A DNA stretch of 64,000 nucleotides, from contig JBAZWC010000002.1 of the NCBI GenBank assembly GCA_041660565.1, positions 149,520-213,519 of the forward strand. The letters run 5' to 3'. Position numbers and translations under genes: made by a program. The notes beneath the pieces are model-generated. The model was not told the origin of the DNA, ran no database searches, and was given only the letters and a program-made list of their open reading frames with translations. Within the stretch, counting starts at the first letter, position 1. Each line of letters begins with the position of its first letter. Source of the DNA: Patescibacteria group bacterium. Its GTDB lineage: Bacteria; Patescibacteriota; UBA1384; CAJBMM01. This document shows, one piece after another, positions 1 through 10,330 of this stretch.

Positions 1-296
1 ACGCGTTGATCGGTTTTGAGCACCGCAATTTGGATAAAGCGAAAAGTGTAATAAAACGGTCTAAACCGGCCGGTACCAAAAATATCGGAGTGAATATAGC
101 CATATGCGTGATTAATAAAGCCCAAACTGGCGGTGGTGGCGTTGTGATAGAGTTCAATAATTTCGTGATCGTCGGTTAGATGGAAACCAGATTTGTATGT
201 GCCGGTAATGGCGTAAAACAACGCCCAAAACACCAAAATTACCGCAAACGCCACGATGTAATGATGCTTTTGATAAAAGGTGCCAAGCTGCTGCAT
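1..296 (-). CDS. Membrane protein, GT-C-like glycosyltransferase (5' part; runs off window)
   Basis: Manual translation MQQLGTFYQKHHYIVAFAVILVFWALFY...GFHLTDDHEI...GRFRPFYY; N-terminal TM then DD and GRFRP motifs; ATG abuts the upstream stop. Confidence 0.6.
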   Translation of the reverse strand, partial: MQQLGTFYQKHHYIVAFAVILVFWALFYAITGTYKSGFHLTDDHEIIELYHNATTASLGFINHAYGYIHSDIFGTGRFRPFYYTFRFIQIAVLKTDQR

Positions 297-1070
297 TTAA
301 TCCACTTTCCGGGCCAGAGTTAACGTGGCAAATGATAGTTTGCGACCAATTAGATTTCGCATAAATAATTTATCAACCGCAAAACTAGCCTTTACCAGCC
401 ATTTCCCGCCAATGTTTAACCATGGGAATACATCCGGATTGTAAAATAAGATATATGACAACAATCCGGGGTACATTTGATCTATAACCTCTAAGCGATG
501 ATCTGACATTAATTTATTTAGATCTTTTAAGTCAAAAGCGCGCTCGGTCTCTTCATCAAAAAAATCATTTTTCTGATATGTTTTGGCCCGAATACGCTTA
601 AACAATCGGTTATTTTGGGTTGGCTCAAGCGCAATAAAATAACCGCCTTTATTTAGCCCATCGCTCAAACTAGCCATCAAGGTCTCAACGTAGTCAGGGA
701 CATGATGCAATCCGCCGATCACAATAATTAAATCGTATTTTTTCGTCGGCTTAAAAGTGGTGGCATCACCGACAAAAATTCGACTGTCAGGATGTTTTTT
801 TTGCGCCGCTTCCACCAAGAACTCACTGATATCAAAACCTTCATAAACCACTTTGGTTTTTAGATGATCTTCAAGGATTTCTTTACCCTCTCCGTACCCA
901 CACAACGGCTCTAACACCAACATCTGATCTTTTTTGATCGATTGATGGCGTTTCAAAAAATGACCCCACATTAGATCTTTTAACAGCAAATGGTTGGGTA
1001 GCTGACGACTAGTAAAATATTTTTCGGATACGCTCTTAAAATGCTTGGCCTGCTGTTCCACTTTCGACAT
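297..1070 (-). CDS. Class I SAM-dependent methyltransferase
   Basis: VLEPLCGYG motif I, GFDIS, YDLIIVIGGLHH, LNKGGYF. Confidence 0.85.
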   Translation of the reverse strand: MSKVEQQAKHFKSVSEKYFTSRQLPNHLLLKDLMWGHFLKRHQSIKKDQMLVLEPLCGYGEGKEILEDHLKTKVVYEGFDISEFLVEAAQKKHPDSRIFVGDATTFKPTKKYDLIIVIGGLHHVPDYVETLMASLSDGLNKGGYFIALEPTQNNRLFKRIRAKTYQKNDFFDEETERAFDLKDLNKLMSDHRLEVIDQMYPGLLSYILFYNPDVFPWLNIGGKWLVKASFAVDKLFMRNLIGRKLSFATLTLARKVD

Positions 1071-1075
1071 TTTTA

Positions 1076-1411
1076 TTACCCCTTTCGCCCATCTAAATAA
1101 AATAACACAATGCCGCTTAATACCAACAAGATGGCGACTAGTTTTAACGAACTGAATTTTTCGCCAAGTGCAAAATAACCTACCAGCTGTGTAGCGATAA
1201 TCAAAGAACTGGCGGCAATCGGAAAGGCGGTTGAAAGCGGATTAAGTTTAAGAATAATAATCCAAATCACAAAACCGGCACCGTAGCAAAACAGTCCGAA
1301 TAAAAATGGGAAACCAAAATATCCACCACCCGCATTTTTAATTTGAAATAATCCATACGAGCTCACAATTACATAAAATAGATACAACAAGATGTCTCTG
1401 TATATCACCAA
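1076..1411 (-). CDS. Small 4-TM SMR/EamA-like protein (ArnE/F-like flippase subunit)
   Basis: 111 aa, four hydrophobic helices, PLSTAFP and FALGEKFS motifs; next to a polyprenol-P GT2. Confidence 0.7.
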   Translation of the reverse strand: MVIYRDILLYLFYVIVSSYGLFQIKNAGGGYFGFPFLFGLFCYGAGFVIWIIILKLNPLSTAFPIAASSLIIATQLVGYFALGEKFSSLKLVAILLVLSGIVLFYLDGRKG

Positions 1412-2376
1412 ATCTCCTCATCTTTAATAAATCGTGGGCGCTTTTTGACTTCTTGATATATTTTGCCAATATATTCACCCACCACTCCCAAAGAGAGTAG
1501 CTGCACCCCACCAATAAAGTAGATCGGCAGTACAGTAGATGCCCATCCCGGAACAGTGTGATTCACTACTACCGATTCATACAAAACATATCCACCCATT
1601 ATCAGACTAAGTAGAAAAATTATAAAACCGATTAGTGCCACCACCCGCAGCGGCACCACGCTAAACGAGGTCACCCCGTTTAAGGCAAAGGAAATCATCT
1701 TTCGCATATTGTATTTGGATTTACCCAAAGCGCGATCTGTAACGTCAAAATAGACAATCGCTGTTTCGTACCCAAGGTCGGTAACGATGCCACGCAAAAA
1801 CAGGTTTGTTTCTTGATATTCCGCCAAGGTGTCCAAAGCACGTTTAGAAATTAAGCGATAGTCGGCGTGATTGCGAATCACCCCCGTGCCCATTAATTTC
1901 ATGAATCGATAGAAGAATAACGCCGTCAGCTTTTTGATCATACTGTCGGTTTGGCGATTAGACCTAATGCCATAAACAATATCTGCTCCATCCAGATATT
2001 TCTGCACAAATTGATGGATCGCTTTTTGATCCTGTTGCAAATCGGCATCAATCGAAATTACACAATCAGCTTTATCTTTAACAGACAACAGCCCGGCCAG
2101 CAGTGCGTTCTGATGCCCGACGTTTTTGGCTAACTTTAGTCCTTTAACCCGATCGTTTTGGCGGTTAGTTTGAGTAATAATTTGCCATGTAGAGTCTTTG
2201 CACCCGTCATCAACCAAAAACAAAAAGCTGTCATTGTGAATCGATTTTTGGCATTTTAGTTCATCAACCACCTTTAATAACTTGGCAATGGTGGTAGGAA
2301 GCACCTCTTCTTCGTTAAAGCACGGCACCACAATGGCTAAAATTGGTTGAGCTGTTTTTTGCGATCGAGCCATCAC
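1405..2376 (-). CDS. GT2 polyprenol-phosphate glycosyltransferase (GtrB/YfdH-like)
   Basis: VVPCFNEE, VDDG, NVGHQNALLAGL, IDADLQ, two C-terminal TMs, GEYIGKIY-EVKKRPRF. Confidence 0.92.
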   Translation of the reverse strand: MMARSQKTAQPILAIVVPCFNEEEVLPTTIAKLLKVVDELKCQKSIHNDSFLFLVDDGCKDSTWQIITQTNRQNDRVKGLKLAKNVGHQNALLAGLLSVKDKADCVISIDADLQQDQKAIHQFVQKYLDGADIVYGIRSNRQTDSMIKKLTALFFYRFMKLMGTGVIRNHADYRLISKRALDTLAEYQETNLFLRGIVTDLGYETAIVYFDVTDRALGKSKYNMRKMISFALNGVTSFSVVPLRVVALIGFIIFLLSLIMGGYVLYESVVVNHTVPGWASTVLPIYFIGGVQLLSLGVVGEYIGKIYQEVKKRPRFIKDEEIW

Positions 2377-2382
2377 TCCACC

Positions 2383-3300
2383 TTATTTTTTAATATAAAC
2401 CGCGGTGACGGTATGCCCATACGGTGCCGTTTTTACCGACATTCCGCGCTTGAAAAACAATGCCAAAACTTCTGCTTTAATTAGCGACAGCCAAAACACA
2501 ATCGAAGTATCAACTACACGCTGTTTACGCCAAAATAATTTGTAAAAACTTTTCATAAAGATCGTCCGCAAATACAGTTTGTACTGGGTTGGTGGCAGGG
2601 TTTCGTGATAAATGTCCTTCATTTCAAGATTAAACAAGGTAGCTATCCCGGCTAGTGCGCCATCCGTCCATCTGGTTTGATGATGAGGCGGTAGGTTTAA
2701 TGCCCCATTAATAATTTCGCCAACATAGCTATCTTCACTTGGCACCGACATTATTAACGTGCCACCTTTTTTCAAACATTTCACCGCAGACTGTAAAAAT
2801 TCGCGCGGATTTTCGATATGCTCCAATACTTGAAAAGAGCAAACCACGTCGTACTTTTCGGCGTTAGACTTAGCGTGAGTGGCGATATCCTCTATCAAGA
2901 TCTGAGGATTTTGCTTGGCCGCCTCTTTATTGATCTCTAACCCAACATATTTTTTAGTCGGAATCAGTTTAGAAAAATACCCGTTGCCGCTACCGATACT
3001 TAACACATGGTCAGATTCAGAAATCAGTTTTTTGGCATAATCATATTCATCTTTATGCTGAGCGTAATACCAAGGAATTGCAGATAATTTGTGATAAAAA
3101 CCACCGTCGCCCACAATCGCCGGAGTATAAAATCTCAGTTGGCATCCCTCGCATTGCATCAGATTAACTCGTGAAATCTCTTTGGGCATTTCGATATTCA
3201 GTTTCAAAGAAATCCGATACAAAAATTTAATACTACGCGTAGAAATCGACTGAACGGACGTTAAATTTTGACTCTGGCAAAGCGGGCAAGTATTTTTCAT
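2383..3300 (-). CDS. SAM-dependent methyltransferase with N-terminal Zn-ribbon
   Basis: CPLC...CEGC, IGSGNG, YDVVCSFQVLEHI, LKKGG, NLPPHH. Confidence 0.85.
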   Translation of the reverse strand: MKNTCPLCQSQNLTSVQSISTRSIKFLYRISLKLNIEMPKEISRVNLMQCEGCQLRFYTPAIVGDGGFYHKLSAIPWYYAQHKDEYDYAKKLISESDHVLSIGSGNGYFSKLIPTKKYVGLEINKEAAKQNPQILIEDIATHAKSNAEKYDVVCSFQVLEHIENPREFLQSAVKCLKKGGTLIMSVPSEDSYVGEIINGALNLPPHHQTRWTDGALAGIATLFNLEMKDIYHETLPPTQYKLYLRTIFMKSFYKLFWRKQRVVDTSIVFWLSLIKAEVLALFFKRGMSVKTAPYGHTVTAVYIKK

Positions 3301-5147
3301 GGTTTAATCTCGTATAATTGGCTGTTAGGGTTATTTACTATTAATGTAGCGTGACTGATAAAATACTGCTCAAGGGCAATTCCGTTATCGGTATAAGCGC
3401 CCCAATTTTTTAAGTCAATAAACTTTTGGCGCAATCGCACGTCAACCGCCAGTAATTTGATCTTATTTTGGCTGATAAAACCGGCATAATCTGAATCGCT
3501 AGGGACGGCATAGGTGTAACTATTACCGTTTTCTAAATAATACTGAGCGGTGTGATTCCAAATATTCAACGTTACGACACCTTGATAATGATGGTTAATG
3601 TAATCCGTCACCAGTGCAAAATCGCCCAGCTTATAACGCAAATAGGCGCTTTCACCAATGCGCCCGGTGGCGTACGCCGCTTCTTCCACCTTAAATGTAT
3701 CATAAAATAGGGAATTTAGAATACGTCTGGTCGGAACAAAAGGATTTAGACTGTTAATTATCACTACCGCGATCAGAATAACTCCACCGACTTTGTAGGC
3801 AATCGGCTTTAGGTTTGACAAAGTGATGGCAGATAAAATTGATAGTACTACCAACGCCGGAAACAAAAATCGCTGTTGGTGACTAATGACAAAAAACCAC
3901 GCCACAATGTCGACTACGACCAAGGAAGACAATAGCAGTGTAGTGCGACGATTTTTAGGATTGAGAAGGGCAAACGGGGCGAAAAATGATGAAAAGATGA
4001 ATAGATTATAATATCCGGCGGTATTCTGCCAAAATATCTCCGGAATACGTAGAAAATTGGTCAACGTGCGCGGAACTGAGAAGTTTTTGATCGCCGCGTT
4101 TAAGGTATTAATTTCATTATCGGTATATCCCGGGTGAACCAAAATTAGCGGATAGGTGGGATTATGAAATACGATCCAGTTTTTGACGTACCAAAACCCA
4201 CCTACCAGCGCGGCGATTCCGGTAAAATACAACATAGTTTTAAGAAATTTCGCCGACCACTGACGACGAACCGTTAAGAATATTGCTACCACCACCACTG
4301 TGGTCAAAATACCATAAAAAGCCGAGTATTTGATTCCCGCTGCTGCCCCAAAAAAGAATCCGGATAACCAAATATAACGCTCGGATTTTGATTCAAGCCA
4401 CGCTGTCATCGATAAAATAGCCATTACCTCCATCACCGCCTCGCCTGCGTCGATGTAACCACTAGTGGCGTTCTCGATTAGTTGAGGCACAAAAAATATC
4501 AATATAGCAGCAATAAGGCCGGTATTGAGCGAATACCTCTTGTGCAAGAACCCAATAATTGCCACCATCATCGCCAAAAAGTAGCTAAAGTGCAGCAAAT
4601 GCATTAACGATACACCTTTAACCATCATTCCAAACGCAAAGAGGGTCTCCATGGATATTGGCAAATTGCCATAAAATTTCGACCCGCCTAGCGGCAAAAC
4701 GAATCCGGATTGATGAACGATGTAATTTGCTTCGGGTAAATGATAAGCCACCTCATCCCAGGCAGTGGCAGGCGCAAAACAAGCTAAAATGTTTACACCG
4801 GCTAAGATAATCAACGGGATAAGCAGCCATTTTTGTTTCTTAATTTCCGCTAAAATATTCCGGCGGTCTATGCGGCGTTTGCGCAGTTGTTTAATTTCGC
4901 CCAGAGCGACTAGAAACATCGCCACAGCGGCAATTGAAACAGTCCAGCCGTTAAACCACCTTAATATGCCCAAAAACTCAAGTAGGAGTACGAATATGGT
5001 CAAGCCAATAAGATACGAAGACGCGACGACAAACAACTTACTTTCGGGTAAATTAAATACCAACCGCCATACCCTTTGCCCCGCGAGTGTAACCACAGCA
5101 ATAAATAACAAAAAAATTGATAGGGTAATAAGCAAATTTAAGATCAT
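3297..5147 (-). CDS. GT-C (ArnT/PMT-like) multi-TM glycosyltransferase
   Basis: WDEVAYHLP, SGYID, GIKYS, WYVKNW..FHNPTYP, QQRF; paralog of 17569..19479. Confidence 0.75.
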   Translation of the reverse strand: MILNLLITLSIFLLFIAVVTLAGQRVWRLVFNLPESKLFVVASSYLIGLTIFVLLLEFLGILRWFNGWTVSIAAVAMFLVALGEIKQLRKRRIDRRNILAEIKKQKWLLIPLIILAGVNILACFAPATAWDEVAYHLPEANYIVHQSGFVLPLGGSKFYGNLPISMETLFAFGMMVKGVSLMHLLHFSYFLAMMVAIIGFLHKRYSLNTGLIAAILIFFVPQLIENATSGYIDAGEAVMEVMAILSMTAWLESKSERYIWLSGFFFGAAAGIKYSAFYGILTTVVVVAIFLTVRRQWSAKFLKTMLYFTGIAALVGGFWYVKNWIVFHNPTYPLILVHPGYTDNEINTLNAAIKNFSVPRTLTNFLRIPEIFWQNTAGYYNLFIFSSFFAPFALLNPKNRRTTLLLSSLVVVDIVAWFFVISHQQRFLFPALVVLSILSAITLSNLKPIAYKVGGVILIAVVIINSLNPFVPTRRILNSLFYDTFKVEEAAYATGRIGESAYLRYKLGDFALVTDYINHHYQGVVTLNIWNHTAQYYLENGNSYTYAVPSDSDYAGFISQNKIKLLAVDVRLRQKFIDLKNWGAYTDNGIALEQYFISHATLIVNNPNSQLYEIKP

Positions 5148-7060
5148 TATTTTTTAACCAAGTGATAAAACTGTAAATCTTCATTTTCATAGTATAGTTG
5201 GTATTGGCCAAATTGTTCCATCGATTTAATTTTCTGATTATTCGCTTCATTTTTTTGTTTCAATTTTTCTTGCTTGGCATCAAACGAGCTCAACCCTTTG
5301 GCATCTGCTACCGCAATTTGGGCTAACACCGGATTAGTAGGGTACGGCTGTTTTTCAAAAATCAGAAAAACCTGATCGGTACCATAATTCTTTTTCAAAT
5401 TTTCATCGTTAAGCTTGCCGTAAGCTAAACGCTCAGACATCATTGTAAAATCACGGCAACTATCATTGGCTAAAAGCAAAATATGACTGCTTGGAAAATC
5501 ACGGGCAATTTTGGCACTTTCATCAAACCCGGAAGTATAATATCCGCGATAAAAATGAGCCGGGTAAATAAACGGTGATACCCACAGAGCCACTAATAAG
5601 ATATAAAGCGCAATGCGGAATTTCTGACGGTAGAATTCGTCAAAGGCATAAGTAAGCCCGAGTATTGACAACAGCAGCAGATACCACCCGCTTCGTCCGC
5701 GATACAACATCAATTCAAATACTCCGGTTTGGGTGGAGAAACCCAACACCAAACAGAATATGGAAATGATAAATAGTGGCAGGCGTTTTTTAATTAACGC
5801 ATAAATTAGCAACCCAAGCGACAAAATCATCCATAAATACGCTCCGACTGAGAGAATATTATTCATCGGCCGAATGTTTTTAATTTTGACCCAATCTTTG
5901 CCGGTACGTATTGCGGGGGCAATATATCGTTTATAAAATTTGCTGCTAACAAAACCACTCGGTTTGCTACTTATGCTAGGCGGACTGCTGGTAAAGGTAT
6001 TCGGAGCCTGATTTGACTCCAATACAATCTGGCCGTCGGAAGTGGTAGATGATACCGCAACGTTCGGGAATCCGCCGTATCTGCTTAAAACTGTGGCTTG
6101 CAAATAAACATGACCAAACGATAGCAGTAAGCCGATGGCTGCGATAGCGACAAACGTTACCAAATACTTGAAATAGTCGTGATTCCACCGACGCTTAAAA
6201 ATAAAGCCCAACAGCGTCGCAACCAACAGAGCCGGAATGTATTGAACAAAAAAATACGGCACCGTAATTGCCAGCGCGGCCGAAAACCACAGTCCCAGTG
6301 CCACTGAACGTAAAAAGCCAACTGTTTTGACTGAATAAATTAGATAAAGCAAGGGCACAAATAGCATAAAACTTAGAACTGAGGAGAAAAAGCTAATCGT
6401 TTGCAAAGTAAGTTGGTTATAAATCGGACAAGCCAGCAGCAGAAGCAAAAGTATCATCATTATTTGATGCTTAAAGGTGTCTCTCAGCAATAAATAAACT
6501 GACAGCAGAAAGATCAACCCGATCGCTGGTCCGGCATATCGAAAAATCTCGGTGATGCTAACAAAATGAAATAAAGGAAATAAAAATATATGAAACCCTG
6601 GCGCGTAATACCCGGTACTTAAACGCCCCAAAGTTCTTAAACTATCTAACAACACATAATGGCCAAAAGTATCGTTTGCTCCGGGATACATAAAATTATA
6701 TGCGTCGTAGCAGCGCGAATAAAGCAACGGAATTAGTATCGCAACCACCCACCCCACTTGGCGAGGCTTCCATCGTTTGATCCGAGCAACAATGTCTTTC
6801 ATCTTAATTTCTAAAACAAAAGATGCGTATACGTTTACCACAAACACCAGTATCAACCAAGCCGCCGGGTAATATTTGATGATATTCAAATTATAAAAAA
6901 TGTAGCCAAACAAAATTTGGGCGGAGATAGAGACCGGAACGGTGAATTTTTGCGCCATTTTGGCGTCTTTGAAAATGAGAATTAACGGCAAATAGGCAGT
7001 CACCGAGCACAATCCCAAAACGGCAATGATAATTAATGCTGATAGATAGGTGTTCATCAT
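5147..7060 (-). CDS. Multi-TM membrane protein, probable GT-C glycosyltransferase
   Basis: Many TM segments, DTFGH and YAPGFH motifs; in GT operon. Confidence 0.55.
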   Translation of the reverse strand: MMNTYLSALIIIAVLGLCSVTAYLPLILIFKDAKMAQKFTVPVSISAQILFGYIFYNLNIIKYYPAAWLILVFVVNVYASFVLEIKMKDIVARIKRWKPRQVGWVVAILIPLLYSRCYDAYNFMYPGANDTFGHYVLLDSLRTLGRLSTGYYAPGFHIFLFPLFHFVSITEIFRYAGPAIGLIFLLSVYLLLRDTFKHQIMMILLLLLLACPIYNQLTLQTISFFSSVLSFMLFVPLLYLIYSVKTVGFLRSVALGLWFSAALAITVPYFFVQYIPALLVATLLGFIFKRRWNHDYFKYLVTFVAIAAIGLLLSFGHVYLQATVLSRYGGFPNVAVSSTTSDGQIVLESNQAPNTFTSSPPSISSKPSGFVSSKFYKRYIAPAIRTGKDWVKIKNIRPMNNILSVGAYLWMILSLGLLIYALIKKRLPLFIISIFCLVLGFSTQTGVFELMLYRGRSGWYLLLLSILGLTYAFDEFYRQKFRIALYILLVALWVSPFIYPAHFYRGYYTSGFDESAKIARDFPSSHILLLANDSCRDFTMMSERLAYGKLNDENLKKNYGTDQVFLIFEKQPYPTNPVLAQIAVADAKGLSSFDAKQEKLKQKNEANNQKIKSMEQFGQYQLYYENEDLQFYHLVKK

Positions 7061-8265
7061 ATTTGATATGTTTTAATTAATTTTGATACCGAATTTGAGA
7101 GAGAAAAGTGGTCTACAAAGCGAACCGTATTTTTTTGCAATGTCTTTTGCAGATCAGTATTGCTTAATATTTGTGATGCCGCTTCAACGGCTGACCCAAC
7201 GTCATCCACTACCCTACCAACGCCCATCTGTTCGATCTCGGGTAGATTACAATCTTTGGAACAAACTACCGGCACCCCTAACGCCGAAGCTTCAAGAACG
7301 GTCATAGGAATACCCTCCGATCGCGACATCAGCAAAAACAAATCGGAGCTTTTCACTACAGATAGTTTTTCTTTGCCCGACAATAAACCAGTATATATTA
7401 CATTATCTGAGATTTTCAATTCTAAGGCAAGTTTGTCTAAATTGGCTTTTTCACCTTCATCCGGGCCAATAATCAAAAAAACCACGTTCATGCCGGGTTT
7501 TTTTAATTGTTTGATAACCTGAAAAGCAATATCCAGTCCTTTAATGTACTGAATTCGCCCCACGAACGAAATCACTTTTGACTCCGGCGCAAGATCAAAT
7601 TTTTGCACCAAGTTAACTTTTGGCACATCTAAAAATTCTAATGGATCCACTCCATTGGTAACAACGACCACCTTACTTTTGACACTCGGATAAAGTACTG
7701 AAATATCTGATAGTTCTTTGGGTGAAAGCGCAATGACCGCGTTCGCACGATCAACAATGCGATGAAATAACCGAATAAATGTAGTTTTGACCCACGATAG
7801 TTTGGCTTGGCGACTAACCAATGATAACACACCATGAGGTTGGACCACGTATGGCACATCATTTGCAACGCAAACACGACTGGTAATGATGTTTTGGACC
7901 GTAAAATAATCGTGACAGTGCACTACGTCAAAATTTTTAACATTTTTTTTCATCCACCCCGCAAACCCGAACGGTAGATAAAAGTTATGAAATTTCGCCA
8001 AATTGTTGCTGGGATTACGAAAACGAACAATTTGGATGCCGTCGATAGTCTCTGCGGTTTTGTTAATGCGATGAGGTGCGTCTCCGGCGTCAGAGGTAGC
8101 CACCGTTACCTTTATCCCCCGCTTTACCAATTCGCAAGCTTGATTATACGCTACCCGTACCACCCCACCGTAACTCCATGCCGGTGCAAAATACGGAATC
8201 ACCATTAGCACGCTTTTTATCTGACGCGGCTTCGGCCCTAAATCAATCTCGCTCTTAGCCATCAC
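7057..8265 (-). CDS. GT4 glycosyltransferase
   Basis: YGGVVR, FVGRIQYIKGLD, SRSEGIPMTVLEA (ExxxxxxxE). Confidence 0.92.
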   Translation of the reverse strand: MMAKSEIDLGPKPRQIKSVLMVIPYFAPAWSYGGVVRVAYNQACELVKRGIKVTVATSDAGDAPHRINKTAETIDGIQIVRFRNPSNNLAKFHNFYLPFGFAGWMKKNVKNFDVVHCHDYFTVQNIITSRVCVANDVPYVVQPHGVLSLVSRQAKLSWVKTTFIRLFHRIVDRANAVIALSPKELSDISVLYPSVKSKVVVVTNGVDPLEFLDVPKVNLVQKFDLAPESKVISFVGRIQYIKGLDIAFQVIKQLKKPGMNVVFLIIGPDEGEKANLDKLALELKISDNVIYTGLLSGKEKLSVVKSSDLFLLMSRSEGIPMTVLEASALGVPVVCSKDCNLPEIEQMGVGRVVDDVGSAVEAASQILSNTDLQKTLQKNTVRFVDHFSLSNSVSKLIKTYQI

Positions 8266-9068
8266 TTTGTCATCCGGTACGCGAGCTTAATTAAGCCGTT
8301 ATGGACAAAATGCAAAAAGATCAAAAAACTATTACTGGAATACTTTTTTACGCTCAAATAATCTTGGTCAAACTGCTTAATGTAGGCCGTTTTGCCTTTA
8401 GAGGCGCTGTGAATACGAAAATTGGCCAAAAATTGTTTGATAATCACCGGACGGTTTACCTTACCAATTTTTAACCAATAGTCATAATCCATAGTGTAGT
8501 GCAGACTTTCATCAAAAAAGCCGAACTGATCCAAAGCTTCTCGACGCCAAAAGGTGGCGGGTTGGCAAACATAATTTAAAACCTGCAGCGTGACGTAAGA
8601 ATATCGCTTCAACCAGAAGTTTTTGTATCGCGTCACCAAGTTCGAAATCAACCGGCCATTCTCGTCAATAATATGACAGTATCCGGTAGCCCATAGTGAT
8701 TTGGGATGATCTGAAAACGCCTTAACTACCTGATCAAACGCACCCGCGCAATAAGTGTCGTCCGAGTTAATGTAGGCAATGATGTCTCCAGATGCGATAC
8801 GCATCCCTTTATTAATCGCATCTGACTGCCCGTGATCTTTTTCGCTATGCCAAATAAAATCAACCAGGTTAGATTGCTTTAACTTTGTCTCATACTCTTG
8901 TAGCACCTTCACGGAATGATCGGTGGAACCGCCGTCCATCACAATATATTCAATCTTAAAATCCCCTTCTTGGTTGATTACGCTTTCGATAGTTTGGCGT
9001 AAAAAATCAGCTTGATTAAAAGAAGGGGTAATAACGCTAATTTTTCTTTGTTTTTTTATTGTCATCAA
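8262..9068 (-). CDS. GT2 glycosyltransferase
   Basis: ISVITPSFNQ, MDGGSTD, GQSDAINKG, YINSDD, MDYDYW. Confidence 0.92.
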   Translation of the reverse strand: MMTIKKQRKISVITPSFNQADFLRQTIESVINQEGDFKIEYIVMDGGSTDHSVKVLQEYETKLKQSNLVDFIWHSEKDHGQSDAINKGMRIASGDIIAYINSDDTYCAGAFDQVVKAFSDHPKSLWATGYCHIIDENGRLISNLVTRYKNFWLKRYSYVTLQVLNYVCQPATFWRREALDQFGFFDESLHYTMDYDYWLKIGKVNRPVIIKQFLANFRIHSASKGKTAYIKQFDQDYLSVKKYSSNSFLIFLHFVHNGLIKLAYRMTK

Positions 9069-9402
9069 TTTCCCTTAATGATAAATCGCGAATCGTTTTC
9101 TCTAAAGTTTTTCGCAAACGATCCAAATTAACGTAAGTGTAAAACGAAATCCCCAAAACAACCGTAAACCCGAGTACCGAAAAAAGGTCAAAAGCGCGCG
9201 CCGTGCCTAAATTGCTACTAAAAACTTGAAACATGTTCGGGTAAAGAGTAACTAAAACAAAACAAACCCAAATAGTCTGCCATCCTAAATATTCGCGAAT
9301 GGTAAATTGGGTGCGTTTATAGGCTAAATAAGTAAAATAGCTTAAAACTAAACCAAAAAGGACTCCAATGATTTGAATTCCCGAGACCATAATAACCTCC
9401 AC
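9037..9402 (-). CDS. DUF2304-like small membrane protein
   Basis: Three TMs, LG..R.FD motif, C-terminal helix; follows a DPM1-like GT2 (typical pairing). Confidence 0.75.
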   Translation of the reverse strand: MEVIMVSGIQIIGVLFGLVLSYFTYLAYKRTQFTIREYLGWQTIWVCFVLVTLYPNMFQVFSSNLGTARAFDLFSVLGFTVVLGISFYTYVNLDRLRKTLEKTIRDLSLREIDDNKKTKKN

Positions 9403-10058
9403 TTCAACAACGTTCGCAAGATACGCAAACCATCAACAACCGTTGTGCCTTTAAAATTATCTAAGTATATTGTATCGATTTCGACTTCGTGACAGGGGAT
9501 GCGACGATAAGTTGATAATATCAGCATCTCGGTCTCCATGCCATAGTCACTAGATCGCCAGCGAATTTGCGGATAAATTTCGGCGGGAAATGCTCGAAAA
9601 CCGGATTGAGTGTCTCTGACATGAATGTTAAATAGCATTTGAGACAAAAACGAGAGCGACCAATTGGCAAAACGCATGGTCATCGGCATCGCCTTGCATC
9701 GCGGACGGGAACCAATTACTAACGCTGATCGTGATTCCAAAACTGGCGCCACCATTTTGGGAATGTCGTTTACCCGATGCTGGCCATCGCCATCCATTAA
9801 CACAATGACGTCGGCTTTCATTTTGCATGCCGCATCACAACCGGTTTTGGCCGCTGCCCCCTTGCCCAGATTTGTAACGTGCCTAAGTACCGTCACGCCT
9901 TTAACCGATTTGGCATGCCTTGAGGTGTCATCTTTTGAACCGTCGTCAACCACAATCGCACACAGTTCGTGCCCATTAATAAACTGCGGCATTTGCTCAA
10001 GTAATGCTTTGATATGTTTGGATTCGTTGTAGGCCGGAATTACGACCGCAATTTTCAT
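9348..10058 (-). CDS. GT2 DPM1-like polyprenol-phosphate glycosyltransferase
   Basis: VIPAYNE, VDDGSKD, NLGKGAA, MDGDGQH, DTQSGFRA. Confidence 0.92.
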   Translation of the reverse strand: MKIAVVIPAYNESKHIKALLEQMPQFINGHELCAIVVDDGSKDDTSRHAKSVKGVTVLRHVTNLGKGAAAKTGCDAACKMKADVIVLMDGDGQHRVNDIPKMVAPVLESRSALVIGSRPRCKAMPMTMRFANWSLSFLSQMLFNIHVRDTQSGFRAFPAEIYPQIRWRSSDYGMETEMLILSTYRRIPCHEVEIDTIYLDNFKGTTVVDGLRILRTLLKWRLLWSREFKSLESFLV

Positions 10059-10147
10059 ATCTTTATAATGCCAAAAACCAGCTGAAATACAAGGACAGGA
10101 GAAATTGTCTTAATTGGAGTCATCGGAATTTGGAGTTTTTTACATAA

Positions 10148-10220
10148 ATTCCGGGTACTTCTCGCAACCTTGCGGTTGGAGTCGTTAGTTCCTAAAGGAA
10201 CAATCAAGCCCGTAATGACA
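10148..10220 (-). repeat. TGTCATT-tagged palindromic element with nested 47-bp insert
   Basis: Minus strand TGTCATTACGGGCTTGA-[insert containing two small hairpins]-ACCCGGAAT. Confidence 0.55.
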
Positions 10221-10285
10221 GTGATGGCGCTTGCAAAACGATTGATTTACTGTCATTATGACCTGTTCTGGGAGGGGCACAAAAA

Positions 10286-10320
10286 ATAATTTTAAATTTT
10301 CAATTTGAAATTTTAAATTG
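10286..10320. repeat. AT-rich 7-nt-period tandem repeat
   Basis: aattttaaattttcaatttgaaattttaaatt. Confidence 0.7.
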
Positions 10321-10330
10321 GAGCCCCACC